Source: an uncultured virus (IMG/VR IMGVR_UViG_2875292628_000003) (taxonomy: Duplodnaviria; Heunggongvirae; Uroviricota; Caudoviricetes). Taken from it: 64,000 bases of DNA. Below, piece after piece: positions 1 through 9,257 of this stretch (position 1 is its first letter; every line of letters begins with the position of its first letter). The stretch lies in IMG/VR virus record IMGVR_UViG_2875292628_000003. One strand, given 5' to 3'. The notes under the pieces were generated by a model. That model was not told the origin of the DNA. It did not search any database and saw only the letters and a program-made list of their open reading frames with translations. A program made the position numbers and the translations under genes.

Positions 1-1062
1 ATGTTAGATTTATTTACACCTATTGTTGAAAGCGAAAAACAGCATAAAATTTTTAAATTGTTATTAAATGAAGCAATGTATGCTGAAAGGAATGTTTTAT
101 TAGATTGGGCAAATGGATTTGTTGATAGGGATAATAAATTTGTAAAAGAATTCCAAACTACTTTTGAGTCTTCTTTTTGGGAATTATATCTAAATAAAAT
201 CCTGAAATCTGAAAATATTGATATAGATTATAATCATCATGCGCCTGACTTTGTATGTAACAAAAATAATTCACCTTTTTGTATTGAAGCAACAATTGCC
301 AACCCAGAACAAGATGGCCTACCAGCATTTGGTTTTACAGATGCACATTTAGATTTTCAAATTAACTTTAAAGAATTCAATAGAAAATCAATTATTAGAT
401 TAGCCAATTCAATTGTCTCTAAAAATCAAAAGTTTAAAAAATCATATAAAGATTTATCTCATGTTATGGGTAAGCCTTTTATTTTAGGTCTTAATTCTTT
501 TGATCGACCTCATTCCCATTTTATAGGTCATCGCGGTTTAATTGCTGTTCTATATGGAATTTATCTTAATGAGGAAAAGGCTATTTCAGATAAACTCAAC
601 TACTTGCCAAGAGAAAGAATGGATTTTATTGAAAAAGATAATGGTGCAGAAATTCCCCTAGGTTTTTTTAAGACTTCAGAGTATGAAGATATTAGTGCTG
701 TAATTTATAACCCATATGCAACTTGGGGGAAAGTTCGAGCATTAGCTGAAGTAAGTGAAGCAAATAAAACTACTTTCTTTAATGCACTTTACACTAGGGA
801 TGACGTAAGTGAGAGTACATTAATTCCTGATATCCGCGAAGGGATTCCTAAAGAAGAATATAAAGAATCAATCTTTGATGGTTTATATATTTTTCATAAT
901 CCTCATGCTAAATATCCATTCCCTGATTTTTTATTTAATGATCCTCATATTGCTCATTTTAGTGTAGATGATCATGGTAATCTTCTTGAAAGTGTTGGAG
1001 AAAAATTTTTACTTTCACGAAGTTTAATTAGTTCATATGCAAGTTCAATGATTCCCAAATAA
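1..1062 (+). CDS. Restriction-endonuclease-like (PD-(D/E)XK) protein, candidate defence moron
   Basis: 353 aa ORF with PDF...IEAT motif after SSFWELYL; very AT-rich; opposite strand to the phage genes and convergent on a shared terminator. Confidence 0.5.
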   Translation: MLDLFTPIVESEKQHKIFKLLLNEAMYAERNVLLDWANGFVDRDNKFVKEFQTTFESSFWELYLNKILKSENIDIDYNHHAPDFVCNKNNSPFCIEATIANPEQDGLPAFGFTDAHLDFQINFKEFNRKSIIRLANSIVSKNQKFKKSYKDLSHVMGKPFILGLNSFDRPHSHFIGHRGLIAVLYGIYLNEEKAISDKLNYLPRERMDFIEKDNGAEIPLGFFKTSEYEDISAVIYNPYATWGKVRALAEVSEANKTTFFNALYTRDDVSESTLIPDIREGIPKEEYKESIFDGLYIFHNPHAKYPFPDFLFNDPHIAHFSVDDHGNLLESVGEKFLLSRSLISSYASSMIPK

Positions 1063-1121
1063 AGAGAAATTCAAAGACATAATATTTATAAATTTAATTT
1101 TGCTGTATCCAACAATTCATA

Positions 1122-1150
1122 AAAAATACGCTCATCAAGAGCGTATTTTT
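1122..1150. terminator. Bidirectional intrinsic terminator
   Basis: AAAAATACGCTC-N5-GAGCGTATTTTT between convergent genes. Confidence 0.85.
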
Positions 1151-1160
1151 ATTACTTATG

Positions 1161-4100
1161 TTAAGCAGCTAGATTAATATTATTCTCTTGCTCAAACTCA
1201 TCAATCTTCTTAATGATTTCAGCAGATTTGTTATATGGCATAACAATCTCATCAAACTCATTTACTTCTGAACCCCAGAATTTCAGCATGATATTCTTGA
1301 TCTGAGGTTTATCAACGCCATCGCCATTGAAAACGTACTTGCTACGTTCAGTTCTAACATAAAGTTCATACTTAGCTAGCTGCTCGTCAATGCGTAGTTT
1401 CCTAGGTGGCATTGCGATATCGCGAATTTCTGAAAATAGATCCTCTACACTTGTAAGGTGCGTAAAGTCTAATTCTCGTGTTGCTGGAACATCATTAGAG
1501 TCTGCATGTTTTTCAATAATGATAATACGAGTTGAAACGGCGGTACCAGCATTTTTAAAGGTCGATTGAGGCAACCAGATTTCAGCTGTCAGAATTGCAC
1601 CAGGTGTACTATCAATAAATTCGTCCACTTTAGAATCCATCGAACCACGTGGTACCAAGGCCACAATCCGACCACCATCATAAAGATGACCAAAAGCCTT
1701 CTTGATATGTTGAATTGCCAAAGTGCCAGCATGACCAAATGGCGGATTCATCACAATCGCATGGTACTTATTTAATGATTCTAAAGATTCGAATGTATCA
1801 ACAATTACTTTAGCACCTGTATTTGCCATTTGAGCACGACTAGCTAAAGACTCAGTCGGTTCAATCATTGTCAACTCTACATCCTGCGGAACAAAACGAC
1901 CAATAGCTCCATCACCAGCACTAGGCTCAAGCACAGAATCGCCAGTGTGTACCCCTGCCCATTCAATCATTTTGAATCCTAGAGGTTCAGGCGTTGCATA
2001 CCATTCCTTACCTTCGCGGTTATTACGACTTTCAGAACGTTTGCCTTTGGCATAGTAGAATGTTAGTGCTTGATCAAATGGGGTTAACTTAGCAATACGG
2101 GCATTTTCTTCATCATATGCTTTACCGCCAATACCATCATTTAGACTTGGCTCTTCATATTTAGCTTCTTCATAAGCCTGAATTAACGCTTCTTTGATAC
2201 TTACTACAGCATCAGCACCTTTTGCAAAGTTATCTACTGTTTCTGCGCGTCCAGCAATCGTGTCTGCAAATGCAGCCCGTTCCCATGCAGTACCAGTAGT
2301 CAAGTATCTCTGAATAGCATTTGATGCTTGTCCAGTTCGATAGATACGCCCTTCCGTCTGTCTCAACTTGGCTGGCTTTGTTGGTTGACCAATATTAATG
2401 AGTACTCGCTGGTGTTTACCAGTTGTATCATGCAAGCTAATCCCAGTAGAACCAGCATCTGACTGCAGAATGAGAATATCGTGCCCGCTATCATCAGTAT
2501 TAAATAACGCTACATTAGTTTCACGTTGTTGCTTTGAAAGACGGCCATTAAATAAAAGAGCATTAGGAAATGCATTCTTTAAAGTTTCAACAGGTGAATC
2601 ATAATCAAGATTGAGATTTACTAGATCCGGTCTATTTTCTTTGAATGTATTATATTCAAGCTCAATATCTTCTCTAAGTGGGCTTTCATATTTTTCGATA
2701 TCAAGCTTACTAATCAAGAAAGGTGCAAAACCACCGCCTTCGTTATAATCATGAAAAATTACTACTTTACGACCTAATGCTAAGTGCTTTTTCACCATAT
2801 CAACACAAGCTTCAGCTTTAATAGCTTCTAACAAACGGCGTCTTGCTAAGTAATCAAAGCGTTTTGCAATAATTTCGTATATTTTTTTAAATCGGTTGCC
2901 AGTAAATAGCCGATCATATTCTTGCATAGATGCATGACGTCCCCAGCCTGTTGTTGGTTTACCAGTCTGAGCAGCCCATTCTTCAAAAGTTCTTGTTTTG
3001 TGCCCTTCTATTTCTTTATAACCATTGCGAAGATAAGTTAAACCTTCATCAATAAGTTCACCAACACGAGAGCCAATTAGAATGAATTTACGATCATAGT
3101 CAAAATTTACTTCTAAATCCCGCCCAGACATAGCACCAGTGTTTTTAAGATTTTCAGCGAACTGTCTTTCAAGTACTCCTGTATCTACCTTAGCTTCAGG
3201 TCGGGTCAACTTACCATATCGCTTTCGATATCCAAGATTTCCCATATAGAAGTGCTCTCGAGCCTTACTAAAGCCTTCAGCTAAATTACCTTGGTCATCA
3301 ACAGATACTGAAGGAGACATATAATCAAATAAATAGCCTTCCGCCCAATCAAGTGAAAAGTGATAACTAAATGGCGTAGCAGATAAGAAAACAACTTTGA
3401 CCTTACTTTTCTGGTGTTTCCAATTCAAATTCCAGATCTTTCGTTGTTCATTTCGAAGGATCTGCATTTTGTTATAAGCACTTAGGTATTGTTCTGTTTC
3501 TTTACCATCTTCATCGAGCTCTTCAATTGGCATCTGATCAGCAAATTTATCTTCAAACCATTCACTAAAACCATGCAAATGCCCGGTTAAGGCTCTTAGT
3601 TTGTTTAATGCTGCAGTTGCTTTACCATCGGATGATTGCGATAGAGTATGTGCCTCATCAATTAATATCAGGTCCCAATGTTTGTGAACTAAACTTTTAT
3701 TTTGTCCAAAATTAGCAAAGGTTGTGACCACGACTGAGTGATCCTCACCGCCATTTTCTTTAATACTTTTTAATTTGTAAGCCTTGATATTTAAAGGGCT
3801 TGAGCTTTTGACAAAGTCATTAGCGATTTTATCGTTTAGAGTAACAATTAAAATATTCTTAAGGCCAGCATTGATAAACCGTTTTGCTACACCCAGACCA
3901 GTAAAGGTTTTTCCAGTACCTGTGCCATTAGTAAAAAGAATACCTTTCTGATTTTCCTCTATTAAGCGCTTTTCAGTCTTAAAAACATCACCACGCTGTG
4001 CAGATTGTAGATATGGCAAAGCTTCGTCAATATTTGAAGCATCACTCCATATAGTTTCTACCTTATCTGCTTTTAATTGAGCATCTAGCTTTTCATCTAT

Positions 4101-4991
4101 GGCAGCTCTAACTGATTTAGCAGATTGTATAATTGATCGATCTCTTGCTCGTTTAAGAGATGATCTCTTACCAGATAGTTCACTGCTTCCGCTGCTGTTA
4201 ATCCGGTTAGCACTGGTTCCACTATCTCCATTTGAAGATTCATTTCTAGGATTTCGGCCGCCAAGTAAACTTGCATCATCACTTTTTGGTAAGCCAGTAT
4301 TACTGTCTCTGAGTACCCAAACTTCTCCATCATTTCTGACTGCTTCTGAAGCCTCAAGTTCATCTTTTCCTGATCCAGTTGTAGAAACAATTGGTCCTCT
4401 GGATCTGAGACGAAATTCGCCAACTGATTCCACATCTGAATTGGTATTTGATACATGTAAGAACAATCCTTTTACAAGTTGCTGATCTTCTGAAAGAAGA
4501 GAGTCTGGAATAGCTTTAAGATGTTTTGAGCGTACAAGAATTTCACCCTGATAATAAAAGGCATAGGGGTCAAACTCTTTAGCTTTGGTTAATTTGATGC
4601 CTTTAAGACCAATAACCTGTAATGTTTTATTCTTTTTAGTGGTGTATGGCTTCAGCTCTTTATCGCAAGCAAAAAGACTGACAATAGTCTCTAGCTGTTC
4701 AATAACATTTCTGGAACTGTTATTAAGGTGTTGGATAACTGATTCATCAATGTTTTTGATAGCCTCGTTATATAAGACTTCAATAACTTCATCCAATTTT
4801 GGAAAGTCACTTTCTTGACGGGCAAAAGCTAAAGCTTGCTTTGCTACAGACAAGTTAAGTTCTATTTGCTTATGGATTATAAGAAGGAAAAATCGAGCAA
4901 TATTGCTCTGATAATGCATGAAATCAATCATGTAATAAATCGCAACCAATACTGTGTCTTTAGTGATTGGTTTGAGCTTTAAGATGGACAT
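1161..4991 (-). CDS. DarB-like SF2 helicase fused to C-terminal N6-adenine methyltransferase
   Basis: GTGTGKT, DEAH, SAT, QTEGRIYR helicase motifs; YATP, VLEPSAGDG, NPPF MTase motifs; downstream of ddrB/darA-like genes. Confidence 0.8.
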   Translation of the reverse strand: MSILKLKPITKDTVLVAIYYMIDFMHYQSNIARFFLLIIHKQIELNLSVAKQALAFARQESDFPKLDEVIEVLYNEAIKNIDESVIQHLNNSSRNVIEQLETIVSLFACDKELKPYTTKKNKTLQVIGLKGIKLTKAKEFDPYAFYYQGEILVRSKHLKAIPDSLLSEDQQLVKGLFLHVSNTNSDVESVGEFRLRSRGPIVSTTGSGKDELEASEAVRNDGEVWVLRDSNTGLPKSDDASLLGGRNPRNESSNGDSGTSANRINSSGSSELSGKRSSLKRARDRSIIQSAKSVRAAIDEKLDAQLKADKVETIWSDASNIDEALPYLQSAQRGDVFKTEKRLIEENQKGILFTNGTGTGKTFTGLGVAKRFINAGLKNILIVTLNDKIANDFVKSSSPLNIKAYKLKSIKENGGEDHSVVVTTFANFGQNKSLVHKHWDLILIDEAHTLSQSSDGKATAALNKLRALTGHLHGFSEWFEDKFADQMPIEELDEDGKETEQYLSAYNKMQILRNEQRKIWNLNWKHQKSKVKVVFLSATPFSYHFSLDWAEGYLFDYMSPSVSVDDQGNLAEGFSKAREHFYMGNLGYRKRYGKLTRPEAKVDTGVLERQFAENLKNTGAMSGRDLEVNFDYDRKFILIGSRVGELIDEGLTYLRNGYKEIEGHKTRTFEEWAAQTGKPTTGWGRHASMQEYDRLFTGNRFKKIYEIIAKRFDYLARRRLLEAIKAEACVDMVKKHLALGRKVVIFHDYNEGGGFAPFLISKLDIEKYESPLREDIELEYNTFKENRPDLVNLNLDYDSPVETLKNAFPNALLFNGRLSKQQRETNVALFNTDDSGHDILILQSDAGSTGISLHDTTGKHQRVLINIGQPTKPAKLRQTEGRIYRTGQASNAIQRYLTTGTAWERAAFADTIAGRAETVDNFAKGADAVVSIKEALIQAYEEAKYEEPSLNDGIGGKAYDEENARIAKLTPFDQALTFYYAKGKRSESRNNREGKEWYATPEPLGFKMIEWAGVHTGDSVLEPSAGDGAIGRFVPQDVELTMIEPTESLASRAQMANTGAKVIVDTFESLESLNKYHAIVMNPPFGHAGTLAIQHIKKAFGHLYDGGRIVALVPRGSMDSKVDEFIDSTPGAILTAEIWLPQSTFKNAGTAVSTRIIIIEKHADSNDVPATRELDFTHLTSVEDLFSEIRDIAMPPRKLRIDEQLAKYELYVRTERSKYVFNGDGVDKPQIKNIMLKFWGSEVNEFDEIVMPYNKSAEIIKKIDEFEQENNINLAA
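4097..4456 (-). CDS. Candidate overprinted gene (119 aa, acidic, helical) in the +1 frame of the DarB-like linker
   Basis: Open for 119 codons; AAGGA 10 nt before ATG; in-frame TAA 6 codons upstream; coincides with the disordered S/G/N-rich part of the host ORF. Confidence 0.5.
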   Translation of the reverse strand: MYQIPIQMWNQLANFVSDPEDQLFLQLDQEKMNLRLQKQSEMMEKFGYSETVILAYQKVMMQVYLAAEILEMNLQMEIVEPVLTGLTAAEAVNYLVRDHLLNEQEIDQLYNLLNQLELP

Positions 4992-5022
4992 ATATCCCTC
5001 AACATAGGAACTTTACATTCCT

Positions 5023-5063
5023 ATGTTGAATGATCGTAAGTATCTAATTTTTAGTAGGTTCCA
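5023..5063 (-). promoter_or_regulatory. Late promoter box for darB-like gene
   Basis: TGGAACC-N28-CAACAT; 12-bp hairpin 4999-5029 over RBS. Confidence 0.75.
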
Positions 5064-5066
5064 GAT

Positions 5067-6578
5067 CTAAACATCTAATTCTTCAAAAAGAATGTCATTA
5101 ATTTTGTTCCCTTCTTGATTTTCCTTGTCATTACTTTGATCAATTTTAACTTTCAAAGCACTGTGAAAACGTTCAGCTCCCTCTTTCGTTAATCGAATTA
5201 TTTTAGGTTTACTTGAACTGCTGGAATCAACCAAGGAATCGTACATTTGCACACTAATGAAATCATCACCAAGCAGTTGTTGTGCATATTGGATAGCATC
5301 TTTTACACTTACTGGTTCAGGTTCACCAAACAAGCCTACATTACTACTATCTAAAGCCTGTTTCTCTGCAAATTCAGCTAATGCTTTAAATAACATACTC
5401 ATTTTTTTTGAACTGCGGCTATTCTTGGCGAGAAATACGGCGAGCTCAGCAACACCTTCTCCTAGATCCTCAAAAAGCCCTTGCTGCTTTACAAACTCAA
5501 CAATATCTTGATCATTTTGCTTTGCAGATAAAATTGTATTTGCTGCATCAATAATTGCATTAGCAACACGTTGATCAATGGCTTGCTCCATTCCATCAAC
5601 GATTTGATCTGATATATCTTGAACATTTCCACGACTTATGGCTTGCGCTTCAATAAATTTAGGCGCAGCAACACCAAGCGCATTAAGCATATTTTGAAGA
5701 TCTGGTTTTGTATGATCAGCCATCATTTCTAGCAGACGATCATCATTGTACGCTTTACTAAAAATTGCGGCCTTGATTCTGTTTATCAGTGCTTGTGTTG
5801 GTTTTTTATCTTTCGTTGTGTACTGGGCAGCTTCTGTATCACCTAATTTACTTAAAAAACCTTGAATAAACTTTTGATTACTCACTGCTAATAAATCGCC
5901 ATCTTCACTCGGGTTAAAAAGAGCCAGTAAATTCTCATCTAAACGTTTAGCATCAGCTTTAGCACGTTCAGTTGCTGTAAAAGACAACTTATCATCTTGG
6001 TTAGCATCTATGGCAAATTGAGCTCTATCAATCTCAGTTGTACGAATACGTATCAAGATTGGTTGAGCTATTGCTTGGACCTGCTCACTGCTAAAGCCAA
6101 AGTAATCAGCTTCATCAATCAACCATTGTTTATACTCATCTGCGGTACCACGCTCATAGGCAAGCTTGATTGCCATTGTTCGGCCATTTCCTGATTCAAC
6201 AACTAAATCATCACCAGTTATCGGTGCTCCCGTGTCTGCCCGACCTGAGCGGCCTAGGCTTTCGGGGTCTAAATCATTAGCAGTTTTCTGTACCCATGCT
6301 TGTGAGGATTCACGACTACGATCTCGTGGCTGCAATTCTTGCGGATAATTAGGGTTTTCCGCACCAGTTGCTGTATGAGATGCAATTACTTGATCAATAT
6401 CAACTAAAGCGAATACAGTAGAAATCTTTTGTCCTTTGGCTGTTTTCACATTATTAGTTCTACCCTTCAATAGCCCAGTAAAGGGCTGTTTAGGTTTAAA
6501 GAAACTAATCATTTGATCAATTACAACTAATGGATTTTTAGCAATATCTTGAATAGAAATTAGATTTAAAGTTGTCAT
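5067..6578 (-). CDS. ddrB: DdrB-like ParB-superfamily protein
   Basis: YPQELQPRDR, GAPI...VESGNGRTMAI motifs; position between darA- and darB-like genes. Confidence 0.7.
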   Translation of the reverse strand: MTTLNLISIQDIAKNPLVVIDQMISFFKPKQPFTGLLKGRTNNVKTAKGQKISTVFALVDIDQVIASHTATGAENPNYPQELQPRDRSRESSQAWVQKTANDLDPESLGRSGRADTGAPITGDDLVVESGNGRTMAIKLAYERGTADEYKQWLIDEADYFGFSSEQVQAIAQPILIRIRTTEIDRAQFAIDANQDDKLSFTATERAKADAKRLDENLLALFNPSEDGDLLAVSNQKFIQGFLSKLGDTEAAQYTTKDKKPTQALINRIKAAIFSKAYNDDRLLEMMADHTKPDLQNMLNALGVAAPKFIEAQAISRGNVQDISDQIVDGMEQAIDQRVANAIIDAANTILSAKQNDQDIVEFVKQQGLFEDLGEGVAELAVFLAKNSRSSKKMSMLFKALAEFAEKQALDSSNVGLFGEPEPVSVKDAIQYAQQLLGDDFISVQMYDSLVDSSSSSKPKIIRLTKEGAERFHSALKVKIDQSNDKENQEGNKINDILFEELDV

Positions 6579-8530
6579 TAGATATTCTCCGCTTCCATTT
6601 TTTGCACTTGATTCAAGAGTTCTGTCACCGCTGGAATAAGAAGTGGATCATTTAAGTCTTTTTCTGCTTCATCTCGAATTTGCTCTAATAACTCAAGATT
6701 AACTTTAACCTGCCCTTCAATTACTGAACGGTAAAGTTGATTACCTTCATCATTTGTCGTACTAGGCTGAAGATCTTCAACTTCTGTCGGAGCATTTAGT
6801 TCTTTAAATTCATCATTATCTGAATTTTGGGCTGGCTCTTTATTACTGAGGCGATCCGCTAAATGTTCATCTGCCCATGCTCTTGAATATTCATAAAATG
6901 CTGTTAAATATTCTGGTGAACCTTCGGCCCCATTCCAGTTTTTTAAGAATTCACCACGGCGATCTGAAACCCAAGCCATAAAGTCTATGTTGTTAGTATC
7001 TTCAGGCTTTTCCAAAGTGTCTAACCATGCTTGCATCATTTTGTTTTCAGCTATACCAGCTGCACGTGCTGCTAAAACTTCTTCATCTCTTTTTTGTTTA
7101 GCTTCTTTTTCGGCATCAATAAGTTTATTTGCTTCTAATTCTGCTTGCTGTTGAGCCAAAGCCTGGTCATCTAGTTCAGAAATCCATTCACGAGCCCAAA
7201 CTACCGCATCAGAGTCCCCCTCTAGAGCCTTATTGATACGTTCAAAGAATGCTTGGTAACGTAAACCATCTTCACCTGCCCATTCAGGATCAGCATTTAA
7301 ACGCTTTAAATCGGCTTTTAAACGTGCGGCTTCTTCATCAGAAATACTATCTGGTAACTCATTATCGAGACTATTCTCTTTAATGATTCCTTCATTTTCC
7401 TCAGATTGCTTGATTAACAATGTATTTTGCAACTGATCCAATTCATTTAATAAATTGGAAATTTCTGCACTTAAAGAATTTAATTGACTTTGTTTTTGCT
7501 CGAGACGTAGTTCAGCATCTGCTAAAGCCTTGGCCTTTTCTGCTTTTTTAGATTGTAACCGCTTAAAACGATTACTATTTTGGTTAATCAACTTCATAAT
7601 TCGACCAGCGAGAACTGGAATTGATATTCCTTCTCCCTGATTAGGCTGAATTGCAGCCGTAATATCCCGATTGTTCATTAAAATCTTCCATGAAATTAAT
7701 GAATCTGCTGGACTAATTTTTTTTGATAATCGATCTGGCTTATGAAAAAGGATTGTGAAGTTTTGGCCATCATCAAAATCATAAGTAAGAGCAATTTGAA
7801 GGACTTTTTTATGCTTAAAGGGCTTACTTTCCGTAACGTTAACGATTTTGACGCCAGTTTTTGAAAACTGATCCATAGAGTGATGCAAAATTGCAGACAG
7901 CTGCTCTAAATGCTGGTAATCAACGATAATAGAGTCGTAAAGCGCTTCTTCTACGCCTAGACTAGATAAAAGTGTAGGTAACCCATCAAATTTACTCAAT
8001 AATTGGCTGTGATCATCATTTCGTTGCATATCTAATAACAACTTAGAAGTATCACCCTCATGAGAAATTAAATTGATTCCATCCCATTCAGGTTTTTCAG
8101 CTGCTACAACATTTTGTAATTGTTCTAGTTGCCATCTTTGAATCGGTTTTGAACCCGTCAAATTAAATTGTTGTGATGATAAATGGCGCTTAAGTCCAAA
8201 TTGATTTGTTTCAATAACATCTGTAACACTAGCATCAAACATTCGGCCAAATTGCAGTATCGCTAAATCAGCTGCATGCTGGTCATCGATAGCGCCTAAT
8301 ACCGCAACAGAATCAAACGCATCTATCCCACCCTTTTTACCTTTTAAATTTACAACACGCCAGAAATCATTTTCCGTGTAATCTTCAGTGACTAAAGCAT
8401 TAATTTGACGGTAATCACCCTTAATAAACCCAATTGAACAAGCACCACTATTCACCATAGAGTCAAAACCATGTACTAATCGGCTTTGATGTGGTGCGTG
8501 TGTTTGAATGAAAATTGATTTAACACTCAC
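6578..8530 (-). CDS. darA: DarA-like antirestriction/internal head protein
   Basis: FDDGQNFTILFH...WKILMNNRDITAAIQP...NSNRFKRLQ resembles DarA N-domain; coiled coil; DarA-C-like helical end; GTG start with GAGGA RBS. Confidence 0.7.
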   Translation of the reverse strand: MSVKSIFIQTHAPHQSRLVHGFDSMVNSGACSIGFIKGDYRQINALVTEDYTENDFWRVVNLKGKKGGIDAFDSVAVLGAIDDQHAADLAILQFGRMFDASVTDVIETNQFGLKRHLSSQQFNLTGSKPIQRWQLEQLQNVVAAEKPEWDGINLISHEGDTSKLLLDMQRNDDHSQLLSKFDGLPTLLSSLGVEEALYDSIIVDYQHLEQLSAILHHSMDQFSKTGVKIVNVTESKPFKHKKVLQIALTYDFDDGQNFTILFHKPDRLSKKISPADSLISWKILMNNRDITAAIQPNQGEGISIPVLAGRIMKLINQNSNRFKRLQSKKAEKAKALADAELRLEQKQSQLNSLSAEISNLLNELDQLQNTLLIKQSEENEGIIKENSLDNELPDSISDEEAARLKADLKRLNADPEWAGEDGLRYQAFFERINKALEGDSDAVVWAREWISELDDQALAQQQAELEANKLIDAEKEAKQKRDEEVLAARAAGIAENKMMQAWLDTLEKPEDTNNIDFMAWVSDRRGEFLKNWNGAEGSPEYLTAFYEYSRAWADEHLADRLSNKEPAQNSDNDEFKELNAPTEVEDLQPSTTNDEGNQLYRSVIEGQVKVNLELLEQIRDEAEKDLNDPLLIPAVTELLNQVQKMEAENI

Positions 8531-8558
8531 GGAGTTATCCTCATTTTAGTTTGAGGAT

Positions 8559-8599
8559 ATTTTCTCAAGTAGGTGAATCTATAAAGGCAATGAGTTCCA
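8559..8599 (-). promoter_or_regulatory. Late promoter box for darA-ddrB
   Basis: TGGAACT-N28-GAAAAT; hairpin TATCCTCA/TGAGGATA 8536-8559. Confidence 0.75.
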
Positions 8600-8603
8600 T
8601 AGC

Positions 8604-9257
8604 TTATTTTAAGTTGGGAAACATTTTGATGAAATTTAAAGTAACAATGGCATGTGCTTTATTAGAGGCATCAAGGGGCAAATTGCCTGCTTGAAGTGAA
8701 ACTAGATGCTCAATTTCAAATTGGTTTTGATTTCTTGCAGCTTTATCAAAAGCATATATTTTTAATCTCATTAAGTATTCAATTGGTGGCGGCTGAGTAC
8801 CATCCTTATTAAACATTATTTCTTTTATAGCTTTAGCACTATTCGCAATAGCTGCTTCTTTAGTCTCAATAAATGAAATGCTCAACTCATTTGAAGCATT
8901 ACCAGTTACATGGTTGAGTTGAAAATGCCCCACATGCACTGCATCGGTTTGGGCATCTAGTAGTGATACATCTACATTATTGGCTAACCAAGCAACTTTG
9001 TTTGAAGGATCAAAAATTGGAATATTTGCTTGAGCAATTTTACTGTTTGCACGGTACGGGCGAATTTCAATTCCAAAATGTGCAGCTGAAAGTGTACCTA
9101 ATGCGTAAAGTTCCTGATAATGGGAAACAGCTCGATCCACTGTTAGACCAGACCATAAGACAGGATTTTTAGCAAAACGATCTTTAAACGGATTTAAAAC
9201 GTTTCCAAAACTGTTATTTATAGTTTTATTCTGTGTTTCGTATTCAAAAAAAGCCAT
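8604..9257 (-). CDS. Virion structural protein, possibly tail-tube-like baseplate component
   Basis: Coupled to portal gene; beta-rich, ends ...IVTLNF like tube-fold proteins. Confidence 0.4.
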   Translation of the reverse strand: MAFFEYETQNKTINNSFGNVLNPFKDRFAKNPVLWSGLTVDRAVSHYQELYALGTLSAAHFGIEIRPYRANSKIAQANIPIFDPSNKVAWLANNVDVSLLDAQTDAVHVGHFQLNHVTGNASNELSISFIETKEAAIANSAKAIKEIMFNKDGTQPPPIEYLMRLKIYAFDKAARNQNQFEIEHLVSLQAGNLPLDASNKAHAIVTLNFIKMFPNLK

